Source of the DNA: Candidatus Shapirobacteria bacterium
GTDB taxonomy: Bacteria > Patescibacteriota > Microgenomatia > UBA12405
Assembly (NCBI GenBank): GCA_028704635.1
Contig: JAQWFB010000002.1
Coordinates: 64,693 to 128,692, forward strand
DNA length: 64,000 nt
Reading direction: 5' to 3'
The translations under genes were made by a program, and so were the position numbers. Positions 30,601 through 39,074 of the stretch are shown piece after piece. Position 1 is the stretch's first letter, and each line of letters starts with the position of its first letter. A model generated the notes under the pieces. That model had not been told where the DNA came from and searched no databases. It worked only from the letters and a program-made list of their open reading frames with translations.

Positions 30601-32565
30601 GGTATTGGCGGAACAGCATTAAATGGAAATTTTGGAACTGGCGACTCAGCACCAAGCTGGACTAACGAAGGGAAAAGTGGCAAGGCCTTAAACTTCAATG
30701 ATGTTGATTATGTTGTTGTTTCTTCTAGTTCAACTATAAATATGACTGATTCAATTACTGTTTCTGCCTGGATAAAAACTACGAATTCTTCCGCCGATCA
30801 AACAATAATTTCTAGAAATGGACCATTATTTTTAAGATTAAGTGGAGGTAAATTTAGAGTTGGTATTTATACAGGATCATGGTTCTTTGGTAATGGTAAT
30901 ATTTCCATAAACAGCAACCAATGGTATCATGTCGTCTTAGTTTACGATGGTTCTTTTGTTAAAAGTTATGTTAATGGAGTTTTAGACATAAAAAGTGCAA
31001 AAACTGGTCTTTTAACTTCATTTAGTAATTTGTATTTTGGAAGACCAGTTCCAGGTGGTGAACAGTATCCCTTTTACGGTTCTATTGATGAAGTTAAAAT
31101 TTACAACTATGCCCTTACTGATGATGAAGTTAAACAAGACTACAATCAAGGTTCTGCCCTACAAATGGGACAAACTTCTCAAACCATCAGTGGTACCACC
31201 ACTTCTTTGGACTATTGTATTCCCGGCGACACTTCCCCCTGCGCCTCCCCAATCGCCGAATATAAAATGGATGAAGGTGTCGGCACTACTGCAAATGACA
31301 CTAGTGGTAATAATATAAATACAGGGTTTAACGGTACTCCAACATGGACTCAAGGAAAAATAGGAAAATCATTAAATTTTAATGGCAGTACTGATTATTT
31401 AAGAAATACTAGAAAAGTTATTTCTGGTGGCTTAACCTTTGGGGTTTGGATCAAAACCACCAGTACTGATTCTGCTACTGTTTACGACGGAAATGCAGCC
31501 CAAAATATAATTGGTGATTCTACTGGTGGTGTCGCCCTCGGATTCGGAGTCCACGGAGGAAAAGTAAGATATCAACATTATGCCGGTGCCTGGTATAACG
31601 TTTTAGGAGCGACCTCTGTAAATAATGGTTTATGGCACTATATTAGTGTCACTCATAATTCGTCCACTGGAGCCATTATTATTTATGTTGACGGCAAACA
31701 AGATGGCAGTGGAACTATTTCATATAATGGATCAAGTGCTTATGATGTCATTGCTCGAGGATATTCTGCTGATCATTTTACCGGACAATTAGATCAAATT
31801 CGAATCTACAACTACGTTCGCACCCCTGCCCAAATCGCCTACGATTATAACAAAGGCGGACCAGTTGGCTGGTGGAAATTTGACGAATGCCAAGGAAATA
31901 TTGCCTACGATTGGAGCGGAGTCGGCAACAATGGCACCATTATTATTGGTGCCTCGGGCACTCAAAATTCTCTCGGCACTTGTCAAATCGGCACCTCCGC
32001 CGCCTGGACCAATGGTACAGTTGGAAAATTAAATTCAAGTTTAAATTTTGATGGAACGGATGATTATGTAACTCTAAATAACCAAAGCAACTTACAAATG
32101 GGAACAGGAGCAATTACAGTTTCTCATTGGATTAAATTAAATAGTCTCACAGATTACAGGGTCACATTTTTTGGTGGAGGTTTTGGTGGAGCCACTGGTT
32201 ATGGCATAGGTTTTGCCGATGCTTCAACAACTTTACGATATGAAACTATGGGAAGCACTGGTGGCAGACAAGTCTACACAGTTAATGGAGGAATAACTCT
32301 TAACAATTGGTATCACGTAGTTGCAATTTTTGATGGAATTAATAATCAAATGAAAATATATGTTAATGGAAAAGAAAAGCATAGTGTAAGTATTTCTGAT
32401 CCCGGAACAGTTACCAATAATAATAATTTTTCAATCGGTAGTTACAATGCCGGTCAAGCTTATTTATTTCCTGGCCAAATCGATGACGTTCGAGTTTACA
32501 ATTATGCCCTTACTGCCGAACAAATAAAAATTTTATATAACGGCGGAGCCGTATCGTTTAATTAA
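27619..32565 (+). CDS. Giant membrane-anchored surface protein, paralog 1. It has a DUF2341-like N-terminal domain plus six Laminin-G-3 (concanavalin-like) repeats.
   Basis: The ORF track opens at ATG 27598, but the conserved upstream motif suggests ATG 27619 (MPRKSL...). A TM is followed by WWNDGWNYRKAI...DCDDIRITDINGN (DUF2341-like). Then come six repeats of type Y[WY]KFDEG.GTT..D.SGN.N.GT...W..GK.G.AL.F.G...SAWIK...YNYA (LamG_3). Confidence 0.8.
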   Translation: MPRKSLHSSINNLSYKSLLIILFFLLISIVVLWKFVLPNHKVEASWWNDGWNYRKAISISNTSGSNLTDFQISLSIGTSALIASGKMQSDCDDIRITDINGNLLPYWIDPDLSCNTTSDTIIYVKFSSIISGDNTAYLYYGNSSATIFQNGNDVFPQLFDTFDSTTINSRKFSYGGGTITQNNFVSMVNDADAWDTYFYDNSTYTRNSSMVFQSKFKADSGARVMVGLHDSGTGAHYNNLVYAFYFNNGSFSIYEDGTSRGSVGSYTVGNWYNIKIELKDIGAKYYYKAVNSTTWILLYDSSYSSESNLKLGVSHYDVTEYSYTDDWIIRKYASIEPTSTLQSEEAGGGPIAYWKFDEGSDTTAYDSTTNQNNGTISGATWQTEDQCISGKCLYFNGDTTQRVISDDNVLIDGDQTFSVWFYPTQFSGLDGIFTTHNHSTTSNIGINLDDNKITVSIGYTDDTREYNTKRSNFTVPLNKWTHAILVFKQNENTISLFVNGKFDSSWTLSKTVKFTSDKILAGQWSTTYTSSYRFYGLIDEPKIYRYARTAAQIKLDYNSRGSSKGTSANLGGATSDNNLSEGLVGYWKMDEGVGTTTLDSSGNGKTGTFTSASWSSGKFGIGGSFPGSVYIDLGTNIVNTTAYTKSVWIKTNTQNANNIFSGGSGGHVLYVQSGVINLSNTWSSPNITVAANFYDNNWHFITATYDGTKGIIYMDGVKLAEGNLSNIPASQPAYIGAYAAGNQFIGLIDEVRLYNRALSPAEVSQLYEYAPGPITYYDFNEASGTVANDKSGNNHTGTLQGSPSWIQGKYGGALDFNASGRKVLITNPTSQSNYTTISLWYKVTSTASGSWRTLLGHQSSNIHHLIINSSSRNIGIFDGSWRDFGYLPPTDNQFHHYEVVYNNGVNATLYVDGVYKNQITTTLDLSVNPIGSIGDWGGNSYWAGSLDDVKIYNYARTPKQIIEDMNAGAPAASSKSILAYYKFDEGSGTTVYNSGIGGTALNGNFGTGDSAPSWTNEGKSGKALNFNDVDYVVVSSSSTINMTDSITVSAWIKTTNSSADQTIISRNGPLFLRLSGGKFRVGIYTGSWFFGNGNISINSNQWYHVVLVYDGSFVKSYVNGVLDIKSAKTGLLTSFSNLYFGRPVPGGEQYPFYGSIDEVKIYNYALTDDEVKQDYNQGSALQMGQTSQTISGTTTSLDYCIPGDTSPCASPIAEYKMDEGVGTTANDTSGNNINTGFNGTPTWTQGKIGKSLNFNGSTDYLRNTRKVISGGLTFGVWIKTTSTDSATVYDGNAAQNIIGDSTGGVALGFGVHGGKVRYQHYAGAWYNVLGATSVNNGLWHYISVTHNSSTGAIIIYVDGKQDGSGTISYNGSSAYDVIARGYSADHFTGQLDQIRIYNYVRTPAQIAYDYNKGGPVGWWKFDECQGNIAYDWSGVGNNGTIIIGASGTQNSLGTCQIGTSAAWTNGTVGKLNSSLNFDGTDDYVTLNNQSNLQMGTGAITVSHWIKLNSLTDYRVTFFGGGFGGATGYGIGFADASTTLRYETMGSTGGRQVYTVNGGITLNNWYHVVAIFDGINNQMKIYVNGKEKHSVSISDPGTVTNNNNFSIGSYNAGQAYLFPGQIDDVRVYNYALTAEQIKILYNGGAVSFN

Positions 32566-33140
32566 AAATTATTCCTGTCTCTATTCCACATTTCTGGATT
32601 CAATTTAATATATTCTTTGATTCTTAAATATTCCTTTTCGTTTCTAATAATATGTTCATAATAATTGCGTTGAAATAATCGTCTATCAAATTTTGGCCAA
32701 TTATTTATTTTTATATTTTTAATATATTTATTTGTCGTTACGGTTTTAAACCATTGAATTATATTTCCAACCGTTGTCGTTGTAGGGGTGGACCGATGTG
32801 TCCGCCCTGGTGTTAATAAATCATGTGTCCGCCCATTTCCAATAATTATTATTCCATGAATATGATTCGGCATCACCACAAATTCATCCAATAAAACATT
32901 TTCAAAATGTTTTGGAATTTCATTCCACCAATAATCAATTAATTTCCCTGTTTCATTTATATTAGGGCAGACACACCGGTCTGCCCCTACATCACAAAAA
33001 TAATTAATTCGATTTTGGGTACAAATTGTTACAAAATAATATCCATTATTTGAATAATCAAATCCATTCAATCGAATCGTTCGTCTGTGACAATTAATTG
33101 TAATCATTATTACATAATTGTTTTGTTTTGGGCGATTCAT
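32562..33140 (-). mobile_element. REP-associated tyrosine transposase (RAYT / IS200-like TnpA_REP) gene carrying an in-frame REP hairpin.
   Basis: The ATG at 33138-33140 (minus strand) sits 6 nt after GGAGG. The protein has YFVTICTQNR (beta1), PNHIHGII (HuH) and WQRNYYEHIIRNEKEY...YIKLNPE (catalytic Tyr helix). This collinear motif order is the TnpA_REP (YafM-family) layout. Codons for VGADRCVCPN are the REP at 32963-32990. Confidence 0.75.
32963..32990. repeat. REP-like palindrome (family 1) lying inside the RAYT ORF.
   Basis: TAGGGCAGAC-acaccg-GTCTGCCCCTAC. Confidence 0.8.
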
Positions 33141-33204
33141 GAATCCCCTCCCCATGTTATCATTTTTATATATAAAACCTCGTATTTTAAACCCACCCAG
33201 TCTT

Positions 33205-33252
33205 CGACCACCCTCCCTTTTCAAGGGAGGAAGGGGCCCTTTAGGGAAGATG
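33205..33252. repeat. Degenerate solo copy of the DUF559-associated double-hairpin element.
   Basis: CCTCCCTTTTCAAGGGAGGAAGGGGCCCTTTAGGGAAGATGGGTTTTAAAC has the same structure as 61452-61497. Confidence 0.6.
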
Positions 33253-33267
33253 GGTTTTAAACATTAA

Positions 33268-36200
33268 ATGAAATCAAAAAAACTAGATATTAATAATTGG
33301 TCAGTAAAGAGTTTATTAATTATTTTATTTTTCTTATTAATTATTATTGTTGTCTTATGGAAATTTGTTTTATCTAATCATAAAGTTTCTGCTGCTTGGT
33401 GGAATGATGGTTGGAATTATAGGAAAGCAATTCCCGTCACTAACACCTTAGGCTCTACTGTTAACAATCAAATTGTAAAAATTATAATTGACACCAGTGC
33501 TTTAGTTACTGCTGGAAAATTACAATCCGATTGCGATGATATTAGAATTACAGATATTAATGGCAATCTTCTTGACCATTGGGACACTGGCTGCAATACC
33601 ACCACCACTAATATTTATTTTAAATTAAGTTCCATTCCTACTTCTGGCACTACCACTTATTTTTACTACGGCAATTCTTCGGCCAATAACTCCGAAAAAA
33701 TTCTCGGCAACGCTGAAACCCCAGGTACTTCTTGCCAAATGATGAAAGACCAAGGTAGTGTCACTACTAATGGCACTTATTATATTGTCCCTGGTGGAAA
33801 TAGTGTTGATAAACAATTTGTTTATTGCGATCAAACCACTGACGGTGGTGGTTGGGCTTTAGTAATGAATCAAAAATCTGATACTGGCGGTTTTTTTGTC
33901 AATTCTACTGAAGCCCAAAGTTATAATGAATCAAATCCCACTGCCGACAGGTATTCTATCCTCGGAAAATTATCAAAATTCAAAGACAATGGTATTTTTA
34001 CTTTTAAACTAAATTGGCCCACCCTCGATTCATCAAGAAATATCTGGTCTCAAACATCAAATCCGATTAGTGAAACTATTGCCGGATATACCGCCATAAC
34101 TATTGACCACACAGATAATGTATGGGGTGGTATTGCTCCTAGCGGTGCATCAACTTTTATTGACGGTTCCCCTTCTGATAGTACTTGGTACTATGCCATT
34201 GCCTCTTACACTATCTGGTCCGGCGGTATTCCAGCATATAATCCAATGTCTATCCAAACTCAACTCTGGGTTAAAGGCAATAATACTATGAACAATGTCT
34301 CTGTCGGCACTCCTTCAGCCGAAGAAGCCGGCGGCGGCCCCATCGCTTATTGGAAATTCGACGAAGGCACCGGCACCACCGCCTACGATTCAACCACAAA
34401 TCAAAACAATGGTGTTTTTGGTCCTGGCTCCTCCGCTCCAACTTGGCAAACTGAAGACATGTGTATTTCTGGAAAATGTTTACGATTCAATGGCACTAAT
34501 CAATATCTTGATACCACAAAAACATTTAATTTTACTGATTTGACTATTAGTGCCTGGGTAAAAATACCATCAAATTTTCCTTCCGGTAATAGAGTCGGTA
34601 ATATTATTGGGAACTACGCAGCTTCAAATAATATAAATTTTGAAATAAATACTTCAGGAAGATTAAGAGTTTATTGGAATAATGGAGAAATTGACCTTAG
34701 TGGCACAAAAAATTTAATTGATGGCAAGTGGCACAATGTCATGTTCGTCAGAAATAAAACGACTAACACTATTACTCTCTACATTGATAATAAATATGAA
34801 GCACAAAGTACTGCGGGATCAGACATTAATCAAACTTCTAAAATATTTAGAATAGGTGGAGATTTCAGAAATGGCGACCCACCCAACGCCCCCGGTATAC
34901 CATTTACTGGTTCTATCGATGACATTAAAATCTACCCCTACGCCAGATCAGCCGCTCAAATCAAACTCGACTACAATTCTCGTGGTTCTTCCAAAGGCAC
35001 CTCCGCTAATCTAGGTGGCGCAGCCAGTGACAATAATTTATCGGATGGTTTAGTTGGTTATTGGAAAATGGACGAAGGAATCGGTACAACTACCGCCGAT
35101 TCTTCGGGTAATTCTAACACTGGTACTTTTGGCACTGGCACCTCCGCTCCTACCTGGTCAAATGGAAAATATGGTATTGGTTTAAGTTTTGATGGCAGTA
35201 ATACTAATTATGTTCAAAAAAATACCCCTTCAAATTTCCCTACCACTGCTATTTCCTCCTCTTTTTGGATTAAAACTGCCGATAGTAGTAATGGGGTAAT
35301 TTCTTATGCTTCTTCTGTTTCTGATAATGATTTTCTTTTATTTGATACTAGTAATTTAAATTTCCAAATTCGTGGAAGTAGCGTTTCTTCAGGAGTTTCC
35401 GTCAATGATAATCTCTGGCATCATATTGTGACTACTTGGCAATCCAGCAATGGTGAAGTCAAGATATATAAAGACGGCAATCTTTCTTATACCGGAACTG
35501 TCTCTTCTGGACAAAGTATAACTTCTGGTGGCTGTCTTATTTTTGGTCAAGAACAAGATGCAATCTGTGGTAGTTTTGAAACTGTTCAAGCATTCAATGG
35601 TAATTTAGATGAAATAAGAATTTACAACCGTGCCCTTTCCCCTTCAGAAGTTTTCCAGCTTTACGAATACGCCCCCGGACCAATTGGTTATTGGGATTTA
35701 AATGAAGCCTCCGGAACCACTATTAATGATAAAAGTGGAAATAATTTAACTGGTACTTTCGGCATTGGCAGTTCTGCTCCTAGTTGGTCATCTGGAAAAT
35801 ATGGTGGCGGAGTTGATTTTTCTCCCACTACTAAATTTATTAATATTCCAGCTGGAGCTCCATTTCAAACCAATACTTCTGGTCGCTCATTTAGTTATTC
35901 ACTTTGGTTTAAATCAAAAGATGTTTCTGCCGCTAGTCAATATTTAATTACCAACAATGAACCTTGCAATAATCCAGGCAGTTTTTCTATTAAATTATCT
36001 TCTGGCACTATCTCTTTCGATTATTATAGTCTCAGTCTCCCTGGTGCTGTCAGCCATTCATTCACCCCCTCAATCACTTTACAAAACAATACTTGGTACC
36101 ATTTGGAATGGACAAAAACTTTTGGTCAACTAGGTGTCAAAGCTTATTTAAATGGCATACCTCAAACAATATCTGGGGACAGTACTGCTACCGGTAACAC

Positions 36201-38406
36201 TACTTCCAGAATTTTACTTGGAGCTTACAATGGCACTGGATCTACTTGTACTGGTGGAGTTACTGATTCCCCTCCCGTTGCTAATATGAGTTTAAAAGGT
36301 TCTCTCGACGATGTAAAAATTTATAATTATATCCGCACCCAAAAACAAATTATCGAAGACATGACCAGTGGCGCCCCTGCAGTCTCTTCAAAATCAATGA
36401 TTGCTTATTACAAATTTGACGAAGGCAGTGGCACCACTGCTAATAACTCTGGTAATGGCGGGTCTGCTTTAAATGGCACTTTCGGCACAGGCTCCTCCGC
36501 CCCCACCTGGACTAATGATGGAAAATTCAACAAAGCTTTAAGCTTTAATGGAGTTAATAATTATATTCAAGGATCAAGTTCTTCTCTTTTAAAACCCACC
36601 AATATTACAATTTCCGCTTGGGCTAAAACTTCTGATTCTAAATCTACTCAGTTTATTGGTGGTTACGGAAACACTGGTGTTTTGGGTTATTGGTTGGGAG
36701 CTGGTTCGTCACAATTTGTTTTTTCAGTTGGTAACGGCTCTTCAAATAAACAGCTATCAAGCAATTTCACTTCCAATGATAATAATTGGCACCATATTAT
36801 TGGCACTTATGATGGTTCAACTCAAAAAATTTTTATTGATGGTAATTTAAAAAATACTTCTAATACAGTTACTGGAGATCTTTCATATGGTACATTGACT
36901 AATGGATTTTTAATCGGCAATGCTGAAGGACTTAACTCTGCTCGATTTTGGTCTGGTTCTATTGATGAACTAAAAATTTACAATTACGCTCTCTCTGAAA
37001 ACGAAGTCAAACAAGACTACAATCAAGGTTCTGCCCTACAAATGGGACAAACTTCTCAAACCATCAGCGGCACCACCACTAGTTTAGAATATTGCATTCC
37101 CGGCGACACATCTCCTTGCGCCTCCCCCGTGGCCGAATGGAATTTTGAAGAAAACACTGGCACTACCACCAAAGATTCCAGCGGCAATAACAACACTGGC
37201 ACTTTAATTAATTCCCCAACTTGGACAGTCGGCCAAAACAATAAAGGAGCAAGTCTAAAATTTGATGGAGTTGATGATCGTGTTTTATTAAATTCAACAA
37301 TTAATATCGGCAATATCGACTGGACGGTTTCAGCTTGGATTAAAACCACTGCTACAGGAGTAAATTCTATCTTATCAAATTCTAGTGGAGGACCTGTTTT
37401 TAATGATCTGCGTACCGATACTTCAAAAATTGTTTATTATCACTACAACAATGCTTGGTTAAGCGAATATGGCACTTCAAATATTGCTGATGGCAAATGG
37501 CATTATTTAACTTGGGCCAACCACAACAATCAAACAATTGATCTTTATGTTGATGGCATTCGAGAAGTAACCGGTGCCCCATCCACTCTAAGCGATGGTA
37601 ACGTTGGCCCTGTCAACCAAATAGGTCGCAATTGGTCCGTATCTGCCAATGCCTCAATTGATAATGTCCGAGTCTACAACTACGCCCGCACCCCGGCCCA
37701 AATCGCCTACGACTATAACAAAGGGGGTCCAATTGGTTGGTGGAAGTTTGACGAATGCCAAGGATCCGTAGCTAACGACTCGTCCGGAATGGGTAATACT
37801 GGATCAATTAATGTCAGTGCCAGCGGCACCCAAACCTCTGTCGGCACCTGTACCACTTCTGGCACTGCCTGGGGTAATGGTGCTAACGGTCACATCAACT
37901 CTTCGCTAAATTTCGATGGCACAGATGATTATATAGAGATCACAACCACAAATAAACTTGACGGATTTACTCAAATGAGCGTCTTCTTTTGGGCAAAACC
38001 TCTTGAAAATACAACAAATGAAATGATTACTAAATGGGCTGGTGGAACATATAATAATTGGGAACTTTTTCAAAGCAATTCAAATATCACTGGCAGAATA
38101 AACGCAGGAGGTGATTGTAGTTCAACTGGCAATTTTTTTACCATCGGCAATTGGCATCAAATCGGGATGGTGTGGGATGGCAGTAATATCTACATGTATA
38201 TCGATGGTATTAAAAGAAGTGGTTCTTGTCCAAGAAGTACTACAATGGTAAGTAGTACATCTCCATTAGACATTGGCCGAATTAGTGGAAGTGACAATAC
38301 TTACCAATTTCCCGGTCAATTTGACGACGTCCGCATCTACAACTATGCCCTCACCCCAGAACAAGTAAAAACTTTATATAACGGCGGAGCGGTAAATTTT
38401 AATTAA
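33268..38406 (+). CDS. Giant membrane-anchored surface protein, paralog 2. It has a DUF2341-like N-terminus, a fibrinogen-related domain and six Laminin-G-3 repeats.
   Basis: 1712 aa with the same architecture as paralog 1. It additionally carries GTSCQMMKDQGSVTTNGTYYIVPGG...FVYCDQTTDGGGWALV (the FReD hallmark) at about 33715-34060. Confidence 0.8.
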   Translation: MKSKKLDINNWSVKSLLIILFFLLIIIVVLWKFVLSNHKVSAAWWNDGWNYRKAIPVTNTLGSTVNNQIVKIIIDTSALVTAGKLQSDCDDIRITDINGNLLDHWDTGCNTTTTNIYFKLSSIPTSGTTTYFYYGNSSANNSEKILGNAETPGTSCQMMKDQGSVTTNGTYYIVPGGNSVDKQFVYCDQTTDGGGWALVMNQKSDTGGFFVNSTEAQSYNESNPTADRYSILGKLSKFKDNGIFTFKLNWPTLDSSRNIWSQTSNPISETIAGYTAITIDHTDNVWGGIAPSGASTFIDGSPSDSTWYYAIASYTIWSGGIPAYNPMSIQTQLWVKGNNTMNNVSVGTPSAEEAGGGPIAYWKFDEGTGTTAYDSTTNQNNGVFGPGSSAPTWQTEDMCISGKCLRFNGTNQYLDTTKTFNFTDLTISAWVKIPSNFPSGNRVGNIIGNYAASNNINFEINTSGRLRVYWNNGEIDLSGTKNLIDGKWHNVMFVRNKTTNTITLYIDNKYEAQSTAGSDINQTSKIFRIGGDFRNGDPPNAPGIPFTGSIDDIKIYPYARSAAQIKLDYNSRGSSKGTSANLGGAASDNNLSDGLVGYWKMDEGIGTTTADSSGNSNTGTFGTGTSAPTWSNGKYGIGLSFDGSNTNYVQKNTPSNFPTTAISSSFWIKTADSSNGVISYASSVSDNDFLLFDTSNLNFQIRGSSVSSGVSVNDNLWHHIVTTWQSSNGEVKIYKDGNLSYTGTVSSGQSITSGGCLIFGQEQDAICGSFETVQAFNGNLDEIRIYNRALSPSEVFQLYEYAPGPIGYWDLNEASGTTINDKSGNNLTGTFGIGSSAPSWSSGKYGGGVDFSPTTKFINIPAGAPFQTNTSGRSFSYSLWFKSKDVSAASQYLITNNEPCNNPGSFSIKLSSGTISFDYYSLSLPGAVSHSFTPSITLQNNTWYHLEWTKTFGQLGVKAYLNGIPQTISGDSTATGNTTSRILLGAYNGTGSTCTGGVTDSPPVANMSLKGSLDDVKIYNYIRTQKQIIEDMTSGAPAVSSKSMIAYYKFDEGSGTTANNSGNGGSALNGTFGTGSSAPTWTNDGKFNKALSFNGVNNYIQGSSSSLLKPTNITISAWAKTSDSKSTQFIGGYGNTGVLGYWLGAGSSQFVFSVGNGSSNKQLSSNFTSNDNNWHHIIGTYDGSTQKIFIDGNLKNTSNTVTGDLSYGTLTNGFLIGNAEGLNSARFWSGSIDELKIYNYALSENEVKQDYNQGSALQMGQTSQTISGTTTSLEYCIPGDTSPCASPVAEWNFEENTGTTTKDSSGNNNTGTLINSPTWTVGQNNKGASLKFDGVDDRVLLNSTINIGNIDWTVSAWIKTTATGVNSILSNSSGGPVFNDLRTDTSKIVYYHYNNAWLSEYGTSNIADGKWHYLTWANHNNQTIDLYVDGIREVTGAPSTLSDGNVGPVNQIGRNWSVSANASIDNVRVYNYARTPAQIAYDYNKGGPIGWWKFDECQGSVANDSSGMGNTGSINVSASGTQTSVGTCTTSGTAWGNGANGHINSSLNFDGTDDYIEITTTNKLDGFTQMSVFFWAKPLENTTNEMITKWAGGTYNNWELFQSNSNITGRINAGGDCSSTGNFFTIGNWHQIGMVWDGSNIYMYIDGIKRSGSCPRSTTMVSSTSPLDIGRISGSDNTYQFPGQFDDVRIYNYALTPEQVKTLYNGGAVNFN

Positions 38407-38417
38407 ATTGTTTTGTT

Positions 38418-38445
38418 GTAGGGGCCAGGCATGCCTGGCCCCTAC
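38418..38445. repeat. REP-like perfect palindrome (family 1).
   Basis: GTAGGGGCCAGGCATGCCTGGCCCCTAC immediately after the stop of paralog 2. Confidence 0.85.
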
Positions 38446-38466
38446 AGAATTCCCATTCTTGTCCTT

Positions 38467-38494
38467 GTAGAGACGCACGATCGCACGTCTCTAC
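38467..38494. repeat. REP-like palindrome (family 2): GTAGAGACGCACGATCGCACGTCTCTAC.
   Basis: Stem GTAGAGACG/CGTCTCTAC. Other copies at 38765-38792, 39047-39074, 41267-41294 and 63919-63946. Confidence 0.85.
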
Positions 38495-38642
38495 AAAATA
38501 AAACCCCCTCCATTTCTGGAAGGGATTTTCCGATGTTTTCCTAATGGATCTACACCAAACTTACCATTCAAGCTAAATTATAATCTATAAAATTGACAAG
38601 TCAATAACCAATTTGTAATTAATAAAACAAATTAAAATGTTG

Positions 38643-38712
38643 TGGACCTGAAGGGAATCGAACCCTCAACACCAAAATGGTAAGTTTGACACTCCCACCA
38701 GGAAACAGGCCC
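38643..38712 (-). tRNA. tRNA-like gene of 70 nt with an irregular anticodon arm and D-arm. The isotype is unresolved and it may be a pseudo-tRNA.
   Basis: On the minus strand it reads GGGCCTG..tt..TCCTGGTGGGAGTG..CAAActtaccatTTTG..GAGGGTTCGATTCCCTT..CAGGTCC-A. The acceptor stem is perfect with one G-U pair and the T-arm GGTTCGATTCC is canonical. The anticodon loop would be CTTACCA(T), with a pyrimidine at 37 or an 8-nt loop, and the D-stem is poor. Confidence 0.45.
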
Positions 38713-38764
38713 ACACAAATTAATAATAACTTTTTATGATAAATATTACAATTATTTAACCATA

Positions 38765-38792
38765 TAGAGACGCGCCACCGGCACGTCTCTAC
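38765..38792. repeat. REP-like palindrome (family 2).
   Basis: TAGAGACGCGCCACCGGCACGTCTCTAC. Confidence 0.8.
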
Positions 38793-39046
38793 TAATTTAA
38801 TATGTCTCTCTCCCCATAATATTCATTTGTTCCATCTATCACAAAACTCTCTCTACGATCTATCCCTTACAATCTAAATCCTAATTTATCCCTTGTCTCA
38901 AATACCAAACCTTTTTTTATCATTGATTAGCAATCATGATTAAATTCTGCCACCAAAAATCACTTTAGTACATCAAAAATAAACAAAAACAAAACTAGAC
39001 CATCAAATTTTTTATTTTAAAAAATATCTTATAAAAAACCTAATCC

Positions 39047-39074
39047 GTAGAGACGCCAGATCTGGCGTCTCTAC
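39047..39074. repeat. REP-like perfect palindrome (family 2).
   Basis: GTAGAGACGCCAGATCTGGCGTCTCTAC. Confidence 0.85.

Noticed and set aside
33141-33224. N-terminal 28 codons of the RAYT ORF as called in the six-frame track (MKREGGRRLGGFKIRGFIYKNDNMGRGF)
   Set aside because: This stretch is the reverse strand of the conserved LamG promoter motif and the solo miniature repeat. A GGAGG-spaced ATG at 33140 gives a more plausible start.
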